Assembly: GCA_049970055.1 (NCBI GenBank)
Contig: JBMFNR010000001.1
Coordinates: 128,001-192,000 of the forward strand
Origin: Fervidobacterium sp.
Lineage (GTDB): Bacteria > Thermotogota > Thermotogae > Thermotogales > Fervidobacteriaceae
Length of the DNA stretch: 64,000 bases
Direction of reading: 5' to 3'
Shown: one piece after another, positions 39,869-49,878 of the stretch
How positions within the stretch are numbered: position 1 is the first letter of the stretch
How the letters are laid out: every line of letters starts with the position of its first letter
The notes under the pieces: model-generated
The model's database searches: none
Seen by the model: only the letters and a program-made list of their open reading frames with translations
What the model was told of the DNA's origin: nothing
Program-made: the position numbers and the translations under genes

Positions 39869-40972
39869 CTTGCCAACTGAAAACATTATGAATGTTAGTA
39901 AAACAGGTACCAACCAAGCAAAGATTAAATTTCTTTCAAGTGTTACACCCATTATCGTGCTGACAACATTACCACCAAGCGAAGTGAACGCATACGTTGA
40001 TCCGTTGAATATCGAAACGTACTTTTTATCAATTTTATCGATACCTTTACTTTGAGTAAATGGGAATATAGGTCCGAGAAAAAATCCAGATATTACAAAG
40101 ATTATGGGTTCTTTTGTTAAAGCAAAAGACAAAACGAGAATAATTAATGCTAGAGAATTTATTCTCACTATATTTTTTGTGATTTTCGAAATTATTCCGA
40201 GCATAAATCTGCTCAAAGTAAATAGTAACCAGAATAATGTGTATGCAGTAAAAGAGGAAAGAAAGCTTTGCTTCATAGTATTACCAGCCCAAGTTATCGT
40301 TCCTATTTCAACGGATGAATAGAGTATTAGCAAAATAAGAAATAGTGCAAAGTTTTTATCGCTAAATGCTACTTTTATCTCCTTTAGGTTTAAACTTTCT
40401 GTGCTAATTTTTGGCAATACTTGCTTAGAGATATAGATAAGAAACAACGCAAAAAGTATTGAATAGAAAAAATAAACGTTTTTAAAATTTCCTGTAAGTT
40501 TCTCTGCAAGGGTTATAACAAAAGGTGCGAGCATTCCGCCAAGTCCATAGGCCCCATGGAAAAATCCAAAACTTGCGTTGTTGCTCGTTGTTAAGAGCGT
40601 TGTTCCACCCGTGAATCCAAAACCTGTCGAAAATCCGAAAACAAAGATCCCAATGAGAGCTATCGTATAATTTTTTGCCAAGGCTACAGTCAAAGTCCCA
40701 GTTATAGTCAGGATACTTCCGATAAATAATGCTCGCTTTATACCCAGTTTATTAATATACACTCCAACGACGATATTTGACAGAACAGTTCCTGTGAGCA
40801 AGAAAAAGGGAAGTAAAGACGAAAGAGCTGTGGATATCTCGAACAATTCTCTAAAAGACCTAAGTAAAGGTGCCATTGAGTTTAAAACTAGTGAATAGGA
40901 AAAGATAATAAGCATTGGTAATAAATTTTCCAAAATCGTTAACCTCCCTGGCTCGTAATTTTTAATGTTCAT
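39857..40972 (-). CDS. MFS transporter
   Basis: About 12 hydrophobic segments; NKLGIKR loop, FHGAYGLGGMLAPF, YSSVEIG, LGPIFP. Confidence 0.85.
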   Translation of the reverse strand: MNIKNYEPGRLTILENLLPMLIIFSYSLVLNSMAPLLRSFRELFEISTALSSLLPFFLLTGTVLSNIVVGVYINKLGIKRALFIGSILTITGTLTVALAKNYTIALIGIFVFGFSTGFGFTGGTTLLTTSNNASFGFFHGAYGLGGMLAPFVITLAEKLTGNFKNVYFFYSILFALFLIYISKQVLPKISTESLNLKEIKVAFSDKNFALFLILLILYSSVEIGTITWAGNTMKQSFLSSFTAYTLFWLLFTLSRFMLGIISKITKNIVRINSLALIILVLSFALTKEPIIFVISGFFLGPIFPFTQSKGIDKIDKKYVSIFNGSTYAFTSLGGNVVSTIMGVTLERNLIFAWLVPVLLTFIMFSVGKKVK

Positions 40973-42153
40973 TTTTTTGGAAGTTCTATTATCTTGTAAT
41001 CAGGCAATCCATTTTTGAAAGGTGGATAAAGTTCCCCCTCAATTAAAGGTAACGCGTATTCATAAAACTTTTCTGTTATCTTGAATTTGTCGTAAAATTC
41101 TTTTGGCAACATCTTGGTTTGGTCTGCTACTAGATTCAAAGGTACGGAACCGAAATCTATTTTATATGGATTGTTCGAAGTTCGCTCGATTGTTACCATT
41201 ACTCCGTAGTTATCTTCAAGCGCGTATCTTACTGCCATTCTCCCACACATTTCCGCTTCATCAAGGTCGGTTTTACTCGAAATGTGTCTGCCGCTTCTTT
41301 GAAGATAATCGGGGATTGCAACGTGAGTTTTAAGTCCCAGCTCAGCTCTAACCATACCAGCCATTGTAAATCCCACACCACCAAGTTGCCTATTTCCAAA
41401 ACTATCTGTAAATCCCATGTCTGATACAAAGAATCCGTCAGGATATTTCAACCCCTCTGCCACTGCAATTGAGCAATATCCTTTCGAAGATACTATTCGA
41501 TTAACTTCATCTAAGAATTCATCTTTGTTAAAAGGTTTCTCCGGTAAAAGTATGATATCCGCTCCTATACCGTTTACCCAACCAAGCCCGGCAGCTGCTG
41601 CCAACCAACCTGCATGTCTACCCATAATTTCCATTACAAAGACTTGTGTTGAGTCCACATACATACTCCTTAAATCGAGGGAAGCTTCCATCATTGCAAT
41701 GGCAATATACTTTGCAGCGGAACCATATCCTGGGCAGTGATCCGTGTGCGGTAAATCGTTATCTATCGTTTTTGGAATGCCAACAACTTTTAATTCGTAA
41801 CCTCTTTTCTGAGCTTCGATCTGAACCCTCCAAGCAGTATCCATCGAATCATTTCCACCGTTGTAGAAAAAATACCGAATATCATTTTTTCGGAATATCT
41901 CGAAAAGTTTTTCTATGTCCGATTCGTTCTTCATCTTTTTCCTACATGATCCAAATGCACCAGCAGGGACGTATTTGAGAAATTCGATATCCATGTCATT
42001 TGCCTGAAGGAAATTCTCTTTAAGTATTCCCGTTACCCCGTTGATTCCTACCAATATTTCTAAGCCGTTTTTTCTCGCTTCATCAATCACTCCGTAAGCA
42101 CTTGCGTTAATTACACTTGTTACTCCTCCAGACTGTGCGTACAGCGCTCGCAT
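40969..42153 (-). CDS. pfp: pyrophosphate-dependent-type 6-phosphofructokinase
   Basis: AQSGG, FGSCR, GGNDSMDT (Asp at the phosphoryl-donor position), PKTIDND, MGRHAGWL. Start placed at ATG 42153. Confidence 0.85.
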   Translation of the reverse strand: MRALYAQSGGVTSVINASAYGVIDEARKNGLEILVGINGVTGILKENFLQANDMDIEFLKYVPAGAFGSCRKKMKNESDIEKLFEIFRKNDIRYFFYNGGNDSMDTAWRVQIEAQKRGYELKVVGIPKTIDNDLPHTDHCPGYGSAAKYIAIAMMEASLDLRSMYVDSTQVFVMEIMGRHAGWLAAAAGLGWVNGIGADIILLPEKPFNKDEFLDEVNRIVSSKGYCSIAVAEGLKYPDGFFVSDMGFTDSFGNRQLGGVGFTMAGMVRAELGLKTHVAIPDYLQRSGRHISSKTDLDEAEMCGRMAVRYALEDNYGVMVTIERTSNNPYKIDFGSVPLNLVADQTKMLPKEFYDKFKITEKFYEYALPLIEGELYPPFKNGLPDYKIIELPKK

Positions 42154-42283
42154 TGTGAATCCCCCTCTTTTCAATTTCAAATTCCCTCGGCTTTCTCACT
42201 TTTTTACATTTTATAACTTTTTATCTATTCTACCACAAGTTTTGTGCTTATTAAAGTTCTCAGATGAAATTATAATTGAGTAC

Positions 42284-42312
42284 TTGAAATTCTAATGCCT
42301 ATATGATAAAAT
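42284..42312 (+). promoter_or_regulatory. promoter of tRNA-Leu
   Basis: TTGAAA-17 nt-TAAAAT with TG extension. Confidence 0.65.
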
Positions 42313-42348
42313 ACATAGCGCGTGGAATAACAAATTGTAACAATAAAT

Positions 42349-42436
42349 GCCGAGGTGGCGGAATTGGCAGACGCGGTTGACTCAAAATCAACAGGGGCTA
42401 GGCTCCGTGCGGGTTCAAGTCCCGCCCTCGGCACCA
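42349..42436 (+). tRNA. tRNA-Leu(CAA)
   Basis: GCCGAGGTGGCGGAATTGGCAGACGC, anticodon arm GTTGA-CTCAAAA-TCAAC, long variable arm, GGTTCAAGTCC, ends CTCGGCACCA. Confidence 0.97.
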
Positions 42437-42438
42437 AA

Positions 42439-42491
42439 AGAAAAACAAAAAACGCGGTGATGCAAAGATCACCGCGTTTTTTTGTTTTTCT
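42439..42491. terminator. bidirectional terminator between tRNA-Leu and flagellin
   Basis: AAAAAACGCGGTGAT-GCAAAG-ATCACCGCGTTTTTT with extended A/T arms. Confidence 0.88.
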
Positions 42492-42500
42492 CAACGTTGT

Positions 42501-43304
42501 TTACCCAAGAAGTCTCATAGTATTCATGTTACTAACATTTGCTTGTGCCAATACGCCAAGTGCAGCACGTGCTTGAAGTTGCGTTCTAACATATTCCATC
42601 ATACCACGTGCCATATCCGTATCAGTTAAAGCACTCACGGAGGAGGTGAGGTTTAGCATAGTATTACTTAGTTCCCGTGTGGCGTTTTCAAGTCTATTTG
42701 TTGTGCTTCCGATGTAGCTTCTCGTTCTCGATACGTTTTCTATAACTCGATCAATAGCTTTAAGCGCATTCTGAGCGTTTTCTGCATTATTAATACGTAC
42801 ATTTTCAAGACCTAACGATTTAATGTCCATGCTCGGGAGGGTAACTGTCATGCTTTGGCCCTCGTTCGGTCCTAGTTGTACCTGGATGTCTTTCACATCG
42901 CCACCGATAACTTTTTTACCGTTATAGGTTGTCTGTTCAACAACCTTGTTTATTCCCTGAGCAAGTTGTGAAAATTCTTGTTGTAAAGCGTTGCGGTCTG
43001 CTTCGGAAAGCGCACCATTTGATGCTTGAACAGCCAATTCACGCATTCGTTGTAGATTCTGCGTAACGCTTTGAATTCCACCTTCTGCTGTGTTCATAAT
43101 ACCTATGGCATTGTACGTGCTATACATCGCATTACGATAACCGTTTATTTGGGCGCGTATGCGCTCTGCAATTGCACCGGAGGATACATCTTGCCTGAAA
43201 GGTATAACAGCTTGTGATAAACTTTGTTGTTGCACACTTTGTTGACTTTGTAGATTTTGAAGGTACCTTATAGCCCACATTCCAATGCTGTTGTTAATAC
43301 GCAT
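42501..43304 (-). CDS. short flagellin-like protein
   Basis: MRINN start, AEG..QRMRELAVQASNG, TTYNG, ALKAID..RSYIG..NRL, DTDMA, LAQAN..LLG. Confidence 0.88.
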   Translation of the reverse strand: MRINNSIGMWAIRYLQNLQSQQSVQQQSLSQAVIPFRQDVSSGAIAERIRAQINGYRNAMYSTYNAIGIMNTAEGGIQSVTQNLQRMRELAVQASNGALSEADRNALQQEFSQLAQGINKVVEQTTYNGKKVIGGDVKDIQVQLGPNEGQSMTVTLPSMDIKSLGLENVRINNAENAQNALKAIDRVIENVSRTRSYIGSTTNRLENATRELSNTMLNLTSSVSALTDTDMARGMMEYVRTQLQARAALGVLAQANVSNMNTMRLLG

Positions 43305-43433
43305 TAGTTACACCTCCCTGTGAGCATGGACTAAGCAAGAAGGAAAGAGGAATTATGGCATCGTCGATTCATTGATTTTCTTGCTCATATTATTAGACTC
43401 CTGCCCATCTGAGAACGTTCAAATGAATTTTTG

Positions 43434-43471
43434 AAACAAAAGGTGACCCTACGTCGGGTCACCTTTTGTTT
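43434..43471 (-). terminator. intrinsic terminator after the FN3/propeller gene
   Basis: Perfect 16-bp IR AAACAAAAGGTGACCC-TACGTC-GGGTCACCTTTTGTTT. Confidence 0.85.
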
Positions 43472-43498
43472 ATTTACTAATTTATCACTTTATTTTAA

Positions 43499-46400
43499 TT
43501 ATTTGATCTTGAATATCCAGATATCACTACCTCCAATGTTTATACTTACATCTGCATTTTTCGAGAACGTTGTACCAACTATTACGATCGATTTGTCATT
43601 TTCCACATAAACATCGTATGAATAATCTGCCAATGTTCCGCCATAAGCTTTTCTCCATCTCAAGTTGCCGTCGTTGTCTATGTCAAGCACAACAATATCT
43701 ACTCCACCCTTGTAACCTTCTACTTTCGACAGTGTATGACCGACGACTACAAATCCACCATCTCGGAATTCTGCGGCACTGTAAGCGATATCTTCTTCGC
43801 TACCACCATAAGTTTTTTGCCAAATAATGTCTCCACTCATGTTTATTTTTACAACCCACATATCCCAATAGCCAGCGTTCTTTTGTACATCTCCATCAAC
43901 GGATGTTGTGTACCCAACAAGCAGTAAATTTCCATCTTGTGTTTTAATAATCCTTGCAACTTCGTCTTGGTCGCTTCCACCGTACGCTTTGTTGATAATT
44001 ATTGATCTTAGATCTTTTGATACTTTGAAAAGCCATATGTCTGAGCTACCATGGTTGTACGGAATATTACCCTCAAGCGAATACGTAACATTAGCAATAA
44101 TGTATCCATCGTTGCATTCTAAAATGTCAACAGCTTTATCTCTGTCAAGACCGCCAAATGTCTTACTTGCTAAAAGATTTCCATCTTTATCGAGTTTTAC
44201 AATCCAAGAATCCCAGGTACCTATGTTGCCACCTGTATCACCGTTCACTGAGTTTGTTGTACCAACGACTACAAAATTGCCTTCCGAGTCTTGTATAGCC
44301 TTGTAAGCGAGGTCGTTACCAGTTCCACCGTACAATTTTGTCCACACTATATTACCTTGTTTATCAAGTTTAGCGACAAGATAATCCCATCCACCTTTAT
44401 TTTGATTGTCACCAATTACAGCAGAAAGTGTATATCCAACTACCAAGTAACCATCGCTTGTTTCAATAATATCGGTTCCTTCGTCCCAACCATTTCCACC
44501 AATAATTTTGGTCCATTCGACATTCAATTCTTTGTCGAGCTTGGCTACTATTATATCAGATTCGCCCATAAAGCCTTTTACTTCTTGAGATTGAGTATTT
44601 CCAATAACGACGTATCCTCCATCTGAGACCTTTATAAGCTTCTTCCCTGTATCTGACCTTGTCCCACCAATGGATTGTTGTTTTTCAATTGTAGGAAGTT
44701 TTGTTCTGAAGCTGAACTGGTTCTCAACTTCTCCAAATCCGTTTCTTGCTACAACTTTCCAATTGTACTTTGTACCAAAGTGTAACTCTGGCAATACATA
44801 CTCAGTCGATGTTGATGTTCCGAGCGGTTCTAAAGTGATCGTACCGAAGAATAAATCGAATTCTTCAGCTTTCTCACTTGCCCACTTCAATGTCACGTCA
44901 ATTGGCACTTCTTCTTGGCCATCTTCTGGGTATATAGCTATTGGTTGCTCGGGTATCTGACCTGTTGTGAATTTCCATACTGGTCCTTCACTATTTCCGA
45001 ACCTGTTCTTTGCCACGACTTTCCAGTAGTAAGTCGTTCCAAATAACAAATCTTGCATTTGAACAGCGCTTTCTGTCAGGTCAGTTGCAGCAAGTTCAAG
45101 TTTATCTTCCGAAAATCCAAGGTAAAGATCATAGCTTTCAGCCTTAAAGCTCTCCCACCTGAGCACTAAGTTATTAAATTGGTTTGTAGCTCCATCAGAT
45201 GGTTCAGGATTAAATGGAACCCCGGGCACGTTTCCGATTGTGAATTTCCAAACAGGTCCTTCTGTTTCTCCAAACCTATTTTTCCCTACAACTTTCCAAT
45301 AATACGTTGTTCCTAATTCGAGCTCGGGAATTTCTAACGCATTCGTTGTAGCATTTTGAGCCACAATCTCTAACTCTTCGGGAGATTTTCCTAAGTAAAC
45401 ATCGTATGTATCAGCGCATTCAAACTGCCATTCAAGTGTTGGAGATTTCCACACATCTTCTTCACCATCTAACGGCCTGACGACTCCTAAAACAACTGGT
45501 GCTTTACCTGTTTGGAACATTTCCACATCACTAACATTTTCTCCAAAGTCGTTTTTGGCAGCAACTCTCCAGAAAAATGTTGTGTCCATTGGTAATTCGT
45601 AGGGTAAAGAAAATTCTAAATCCGTTGTTGATGCAACAAGTTGCAAATTGTCATAGTGGTCACCTAAGTAGATGTAGTACTCGTTAGCGTCCTGGCTTTC
45701 CCACTTGAATGTTGGTTGTATCCAAACTTTTTCACCCATGGGTTCTTTAAGTATGGGCTTGGTTGGAACGTCACCCGTAGTAAAAGACCATACTGGTCCT
45801 TCCACTTCACCGTAAGCATTCTTAGCAATGACCTTCCAATAATATGTTGTACCAAGCTCAAGTTTTGGCAGGTCGTATTCGTTGTCCGATACGCTTGCTA
45901 CAAGTTCGAGTTCTGTTGCACTCTTACCGATGTACACATCAAAACTCGTAGCTCTTTCAGAATACCACACAAGTCTAGGCTCTATCCATACCTTTTTTGC
46001 ACCATCGTATGGGACTGGGTTTTCTGGAATAGTTGGTGCATCGCCCGTTCTAAATGAAAAAACGGGGCTTTCAACTTCACCAAACGCGTTTCTTGCAATC
46101 ACTTTCCATTGGTAAGTTGTACTTGGCCTTAAGTTCTCTATGGTGTACTCTTTGTTGAAATAATTCTTTTCCTTTAGCTCAAGGTTTCCCTCTTCGCCAA
46201 AGTAAAGGTCGAATACTTTTGCCCTTAAGGACTCCCACTTAAGCGTTACAGTTGGCAAAACATTCTGTTCTCCGTCTGCGGGTTCAGTTGATCCGACATC
46301 GCCAGGAATGAATTCGGAATTCTGAAAATCGATTAACGCATTTACCAAAACAGTGCCGGTTCCTACGATGACGTTAAGTGGTATATTTGCAAGAGAAATT

Positions 46401-46897
46401 CTGTCCCTGACAACTTCGATTGCATCTTTGCGACCATAAGCTACTATCCTTTCGTCTTTGTCGTCGACTAAGCCGAATACTTTCACTATAACGTTGTACT
46501 TTCCAGATTTTAGTTTAGTTATAAGTCCGGTAGCTTGGCCAGTTTCCCTATCGTAGTTTAATTCAAATGGCCCCTCAACAACTTCTTGATTAAAGATTTC
46601 AACAGTTGCTCGTGTAATCCATATACCAAGGTCCTTCAAGCTCTTGTCTAACTCAGACATTCCAATAGAGTACTCTTCATATTCACCTGGAGGTAATATT
46701 GGTTCAACTATTGGTGCGTACTTTTGCAAGAGTTCACTTAATGCCTTTGATAGATCGATAGCCGGCTTTTCAAGGAGTGCCTTTAACTCGTAATATAACT
46801 TCGCTAAAGGTGTTATCTGTGCTTGCTGAGAAAATGTTAGAGTAGCAAAGCTCAGTAATAATAACCCCACTAAGAGTTTTAAAAAAACCTTTTTCAT
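43499..46897 (-). CDS. secreted protein with six FN3-like repeats and a C-terminal beta-propeller
   Basis: Signal peptide; about 90-aa repeats P.DG..V...L.W....YDxYxG...L..GTTYYWKVxAKN.FG..EGPVW.F; C-terminal repeats W.K.YGG...D....DG.Y.V.G.T.S. Confidence 0.85.
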   Translation of the reverse strand: MKKVFLKLLVGLLLLSFATLTFSQQAQITPLAKLYYELKALLEKPAIDLSKALSELLQKYAPIVEPILPPGEYEEYSIGMSELDKSLKDLGIWITRATVEIFNQEVVEGPFELNYDRETGQATGLITKLKSGKYNVIVKVFGLVDDKDERIVAYGRKDAIEVVRDRISLANIPLNVIVGTGTVLVNALIDFQNSEFIPGDVGSTEPADGEQNVLPTVTLKWESLRAKVFDLYFGEEGNLELKEKNYFNKEYTIENLRPSTTYQWKVIARNAFGEVESPVFSFRTGDAPTIPENPVPYDGAKKVWIEPRLVWYSERATSFDVYIGKSATELELVASVSDNEYDLPKLELGTTYYWKVIAKNAYGEVEGPVWSFTTGDVPTKPILKEPMGEKVWIQPTFKWESQDANEYYIYLGDHYDNLQLVASTTDLEFSLPYELPMDTTFFWRVAAKNDFGENVSDVEMFQTGKAPVVLGVVRPLDGEEDVWKSPTLEWQFECADTYDVYLGKSPEELEIVAQNATTNALEIPELELGTTYYWKVVGKNRFGETEGPVWKFTIGNVPGVPFNPEPSDGATNQFNNLVLRWESFKAESYDLYLGFSEDKLELAATDLTESAVQMQDLLFGTTYYWKVVAKNRFGNSEGPVWKFTTGQIPEQPIAIYPEDGQEEVPIDVTLKWASEKAEEFDLFFGTITLEPLGTSTSTEYVLPELHFGTKYNWKVVARNGFGEVENQFSFRTKLPTIEKQQSIGGTRSDTGKKLIKVSDGGYVVIGNTQSQEVKGFMGESDIIVAKLDKELNVEWTKIIGGNGWDEGTDIIETSDGYLVVGYTLSAVIGDNQNKGGWDYLVAKLDKQGNIVWTKLYGGTGNDLAYKAIQDSEGNFVVVGTTNSVNGDTGGNIGTWDSWIVKLDKDGNLLASKTFGGLDRDKAVDILECNDGYIIANVTYSLEGNIPYNHGSSDIWLFKVSKDLRSIIINKAYGGSDQDEVARIIKTQDGNLLLVGYTTSVDGDVQKNAGYWDMWVVKINMSGDIIWQKTYGGSEEDIAYSAAEFRDGGFVVVGHTLSKVEGYKGGVDIVVLDIDNDGNLRWRKAYGGTLADYSYDVYVENDKSIVIVGTTFSKNADVSINIGGSDIWIFKIK

Positions 46898-47112
46898 GAA
46901 TGTTTCCCCCCTTCTGAATAGATTTAGAATACACCATTACCTACTAAATTATAGCACACAATAAAAGAAAAGATGCAACATATTTTTAGGTTTTTTTATA
47001 ATTCAGAAAGTACAATATAATTTTTAATAATTTTTAAAATTTCATGAATTTTAACAGGTTACGATTTATTTTAAAAATCTCGGAAAAAATTTGAATATAA
47101 CAAACATATTTA

Positions 47113-47126
47113 TGTAAACATTTACA
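47113..47126 (+). promoter_or_regulatory. LacI-family (CelR-like) operator
   Basis: Near-perfect palindrome TGTAAACATTTACA just upstream of TATAAT (47131-47136), ahead of an operon that encodes a LacI regulator. Confidence 0.75.
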
Positions 47127-47181
47127 CAAATATAATATAATAGCCCTTTGGGCAATTATCTTCTTAGAAGGAGGGGTCGTT

Positions 47182-48861
47182 ATGAAAAGAGTTTTCACGG
47201 TGGTTGTTTTGTTGACTATTTTTGCGTTAGTAGTCTTTGCGGATGTAGTGTACAAAAGAGATGAGACACTTTACGCTGGCGGTGGTATGTGGGCACCACC
47301 ATCGAACTGGAACCCGATAACTCCTTGGAATGCGGTGACTGGTACTGTTGGTTTGATCTATGAAACGCTCTATGCGTACGATCCTCTCAAAGATGAGCTT
47401 ATCCCATGGCTTGCTGAAAGTGGAAAGTGGACATCGAATAATACTTACGAAATCAAACTAAGAAAGGGAATCACATGGCACGATGGTACGCCATTTACAT
47501 CAAAAGATGTAAAGTTTACATTTGAACTTTCAAAGCAAATTCCAGAGATTTCTTACAGTCCAATTTGGACATGGCTTGCAAAAATAGAAGCACCAGATGA
47601 TTATACAATAATTTTCACGTTTTCGTCACCAAGATACCATGAATGGACATACCAACTTTATCAATTACCTATAATTCCTCAACATATTTGGTCAAAACGC
47701 TCAAAAGATGAGATATTGAATGGTGCAAATGAAAAAGCCATTGGGACTGGTCCATACATATTTGAAACATACAGCGATGACAGGATGGTCTATCTTAGAA
47801 ACGACAATTGGTGGGGGAATAAAGTCTTTGGTCAACCAAAACCTAAGAGAGTTATAATTCTCAGAGTGCTGAGTAACAACGTTGCACTCGGTATGGTGAT
47901 GAAGGGCGAACTTGATATTTCAAATTTCTTCTTGCCAGGCGTTCCAACTCTCAAGAAAACTTACAGTGATATACATACATGGTTTGATAAAGAACCATAC
48001 ATGCTATCCGATAATACGGCATATCTATTCTTGAACACGACCAAGAAACCTTTGAACGATCCAAATTTCAGAAGAGCTATAGCGTTTGCAATTGATCCGA
48101 TGGTAATTACTAAAACCGTTTTCGAAGGTCAAGTACTTGTGTCAAATCCAGTTGGTTTCCTACCGATTAAAGGTTGGATGAAATACTATCCAACAAACGC
48201 TGTTAAACAATACGGATTCAAGTACGACGTGAAAACAGCTAAAGATTTACTGGACAAGGCGGGTTACAAAGATGTTAACAAAGATGGGTACAGAGAACTA
48301 CCAGATGGAAGCAAGTTCAAACTTGAAATAATTGTTCCTTTTGGTTGGACCGACTGGATGGAATCGATCAAAATCATCGCCTCGCAACTTAGAATGGTTG
48401 GAATTAACGCGGAGGCAAAATTCCCAGATTTTGGCAAGTATTGGGAAGACTTGACAAGTGGAAAGTTCGATATGGCAATAAACAACTTTGGCAGCCAGAT
48501 GACTGTTTCTCCATGGACCATGTACAACTGGTTATTTAACTCAAACATTGATCAGTACATGTACAACGGGAATTTTGGAAGGTACCAGAATCAGAAAATC
48601 TTTGATTTAATTACTCAGCTCAATTCAACGCAAATGGACGATGTTGAAGCGAATAAAAAGGTAATTGAACAGATAGCAGAAATCTTCCTCAAAGAAATGC
48701 CAGCTATTCCACTGTGGTACAACGGTCTGTGGTTCCAAGCAAGTACACAAGTATGGAAAAACTGGCCAAGCGAAAAAGCTCCGTACGCATATCCTGTAAC
48801 ATGGGGTGGAAGATGGCAAACAGGCGGAGTAATGACACTGATAGGAATTACGAATAAATAA
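47182..48861 (+). CDS. Opp/Dpp-family ABC substrate-binding protein, probably cellobiose/cello-oligosaccharide
   Basis: Signal peptide, LIYETL, LRKGITWHDGTPFTSKDV, GWTDW, PAIPLWYNG; co-located with GH1, GH5 and LacI genes. Confidence 0.85.
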   Translation: MKRVFTVVVLLTIFALVVFADVVYKRDETLYAGGGMWAPPSNWNPITPWNAVTGTVGLIYETLYAYDPLKDELIPWLAESGKWTSNNTYEIKLRKGITWHDGTPFTSKDVKFTFELSKQIPEISYSPIWTWLAKIEAPDDYTIIFTFSSPRYHEWTYQLYQLPIIPQHIWSKRSKDEILNGANEKAIGTGPYIFETYSDDRMVYLRNDNWWGNKVFGQPKPKRVIILRVLSNNVALGMVMKGELDISNFFLPGVPTLKKTYSDIHTWFDKEPYMLSDNTAYLFLNTTKKPLNDPNFRRAIAFAIDPMVITKTVFEGQVLVSNPVGFLPIKGWMKYYPTNAVKQYGFKYDVKTAKDLLDKAGYKDVNKDGYRELPDGSKFKLEIIVPFGWTDWMESIKIIASQLRMVGINAEAKFPDFGKYWEDLTSGKFDMAINNFGSQMTVSPWTMYNWLFNSNIDQYMYNGNFGRYQNQKIFDLITQLNSTQMDDVEANKKVIEQIAEIFLKEMPAIPLWYNGLWFQASTQVWKNWPSEKAPYAYPVTWGGRWQTGGVMTLIGITNK

Positions 48862-48888
48862 GACAAACAAAAAACAGAGGTGTAATGA

Positions 48889-49878
48889 ATGAAGAAATAT
48901 CTAAGAACAAAGTTAACAGTTTACATCCTTACATTTATATTTGCTGTTACAATCGATTGGTTGATTCCCAGGCTCATGCCTGGGAATCCTATCCTTGTTT
49001 TAGTTTCCAGATTTTCCGGATTGCCAGAGTCTGCAAGGGTCATGTATAGCTATCTTACAAAGGCGTTTGGACTAGATTTACCAATGTGGAAACAATATGT
49101 GAACTTTTGGATAGCTTTCTTCAAAGGAGACCTTGGCATCAGTATATACCTTTATCCGAAACCAGTTATAGAAGTACTAAGGGATGCTTTACCGTACTCC
49201 CTGGGGATACTAATTCCCTCGATTTTATTAAGCTGGATTGTAGGTAACAACCTAGGAGCAATCGCAGCACGAAGGAAAACGTTAGATTCCATAATGTTGC
49301 CAGCAATGTATTTCATAACAGGTGCACCGTACTTATGGTTAGGAATTTTATTAGCTTATTTTTTTGGCGTTGTCTTAAGATGGTTCCCAATAGCTGGGGC
49401 TTACAGTTATTCTTTAAGGCCACACCTGTCTTGGCTTTTTATTGGTGATTTTCTCAAACATTGGATTTTGCCATTTTTCTCGCTTTTTGTTGTTCAACTT
49501 GGTGGTTGGGCAATAGGAATGCGGAATATGGTTATCTATGAACTTGAAAATAATTATGTAAGATACCTTGAATCACTCGGAGTAAAAAGAAAACTTATTA
49601 GAAAATACGCATTCAGGAATGCTATTTTACCGCAAGTTACAGGACTAGCTTTACAATTGGGGACGGTTATCGCTGGGCAAGTTACGACGGAAGTTGTGTT
49701 TTCATATCCTGGTATTGGCTATATCCTCACGCAGGGAATTTTAAATCAAGATTATTTTCTTATTCAAGGATGTTTCTTATTTATAATCGTTGGTGTGCTA
49801 ATAGCGAACTTTACCGTTGACCTTGTTTATATGGTCCTTGATCCAAGGGTTAGATTTTCATACGGTGGTGAGATATAA
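48889..49878 (+). CDS. ABC permease (OppB-like)
   Basis: PRLMPGNP, GDLGIS, YAFRNAILPQ, EVVFSYPGIG. Confidence 0.92.
   Translation: MKKYLRTKLTVYILTFIFAVTIDWLIPRLMPGNPILVLVSRFSGLPESARVMYSYLTKAFGLDLPMWKQYVNFWIAFFKGDLGISIYLYPKPVIEVLRDALPYSLGILIPSILLSWIVGNNLGAIAARRKTLDSIMLPAMYFITGAPYLWLGILLAYFFGVVLRWFPIAGAYSYSLRPHLSWLFIGDFLKHWILPFFSLFVVQLGGWAIGMRNMVIYELENNYVRYLESLGVKRKLIRKYAFRNAILPQVTGLALQLGTVIAGQVTTEVVFSYPGIGYILTQGILNQDYFLIQGCFLFIIVGVLIANFTVDLVYMVLDPRVRFSYGGEI

Noticed and set aside
42270..42576. ORFs 42270..42494 and 42355..42576
   Set aside because: They overlap tRNA-Leu and its terminator; spurious.
43305..43433. Sigma28 promoter, or c-di-GMP/fluoride riboswitch, before the flagellin-like gene
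   Set aside because: No convincing TAAA-N15-GCCGATAA and no match to the riboswitch cores I know.
47030..47055. AT-rich palindrome TTAAAATTTCATGAATTTTAA
   Set aside because: Imperfect and expected by chance in a very AT-rich intergenic region; the better operator candidate is at 47113-47126.
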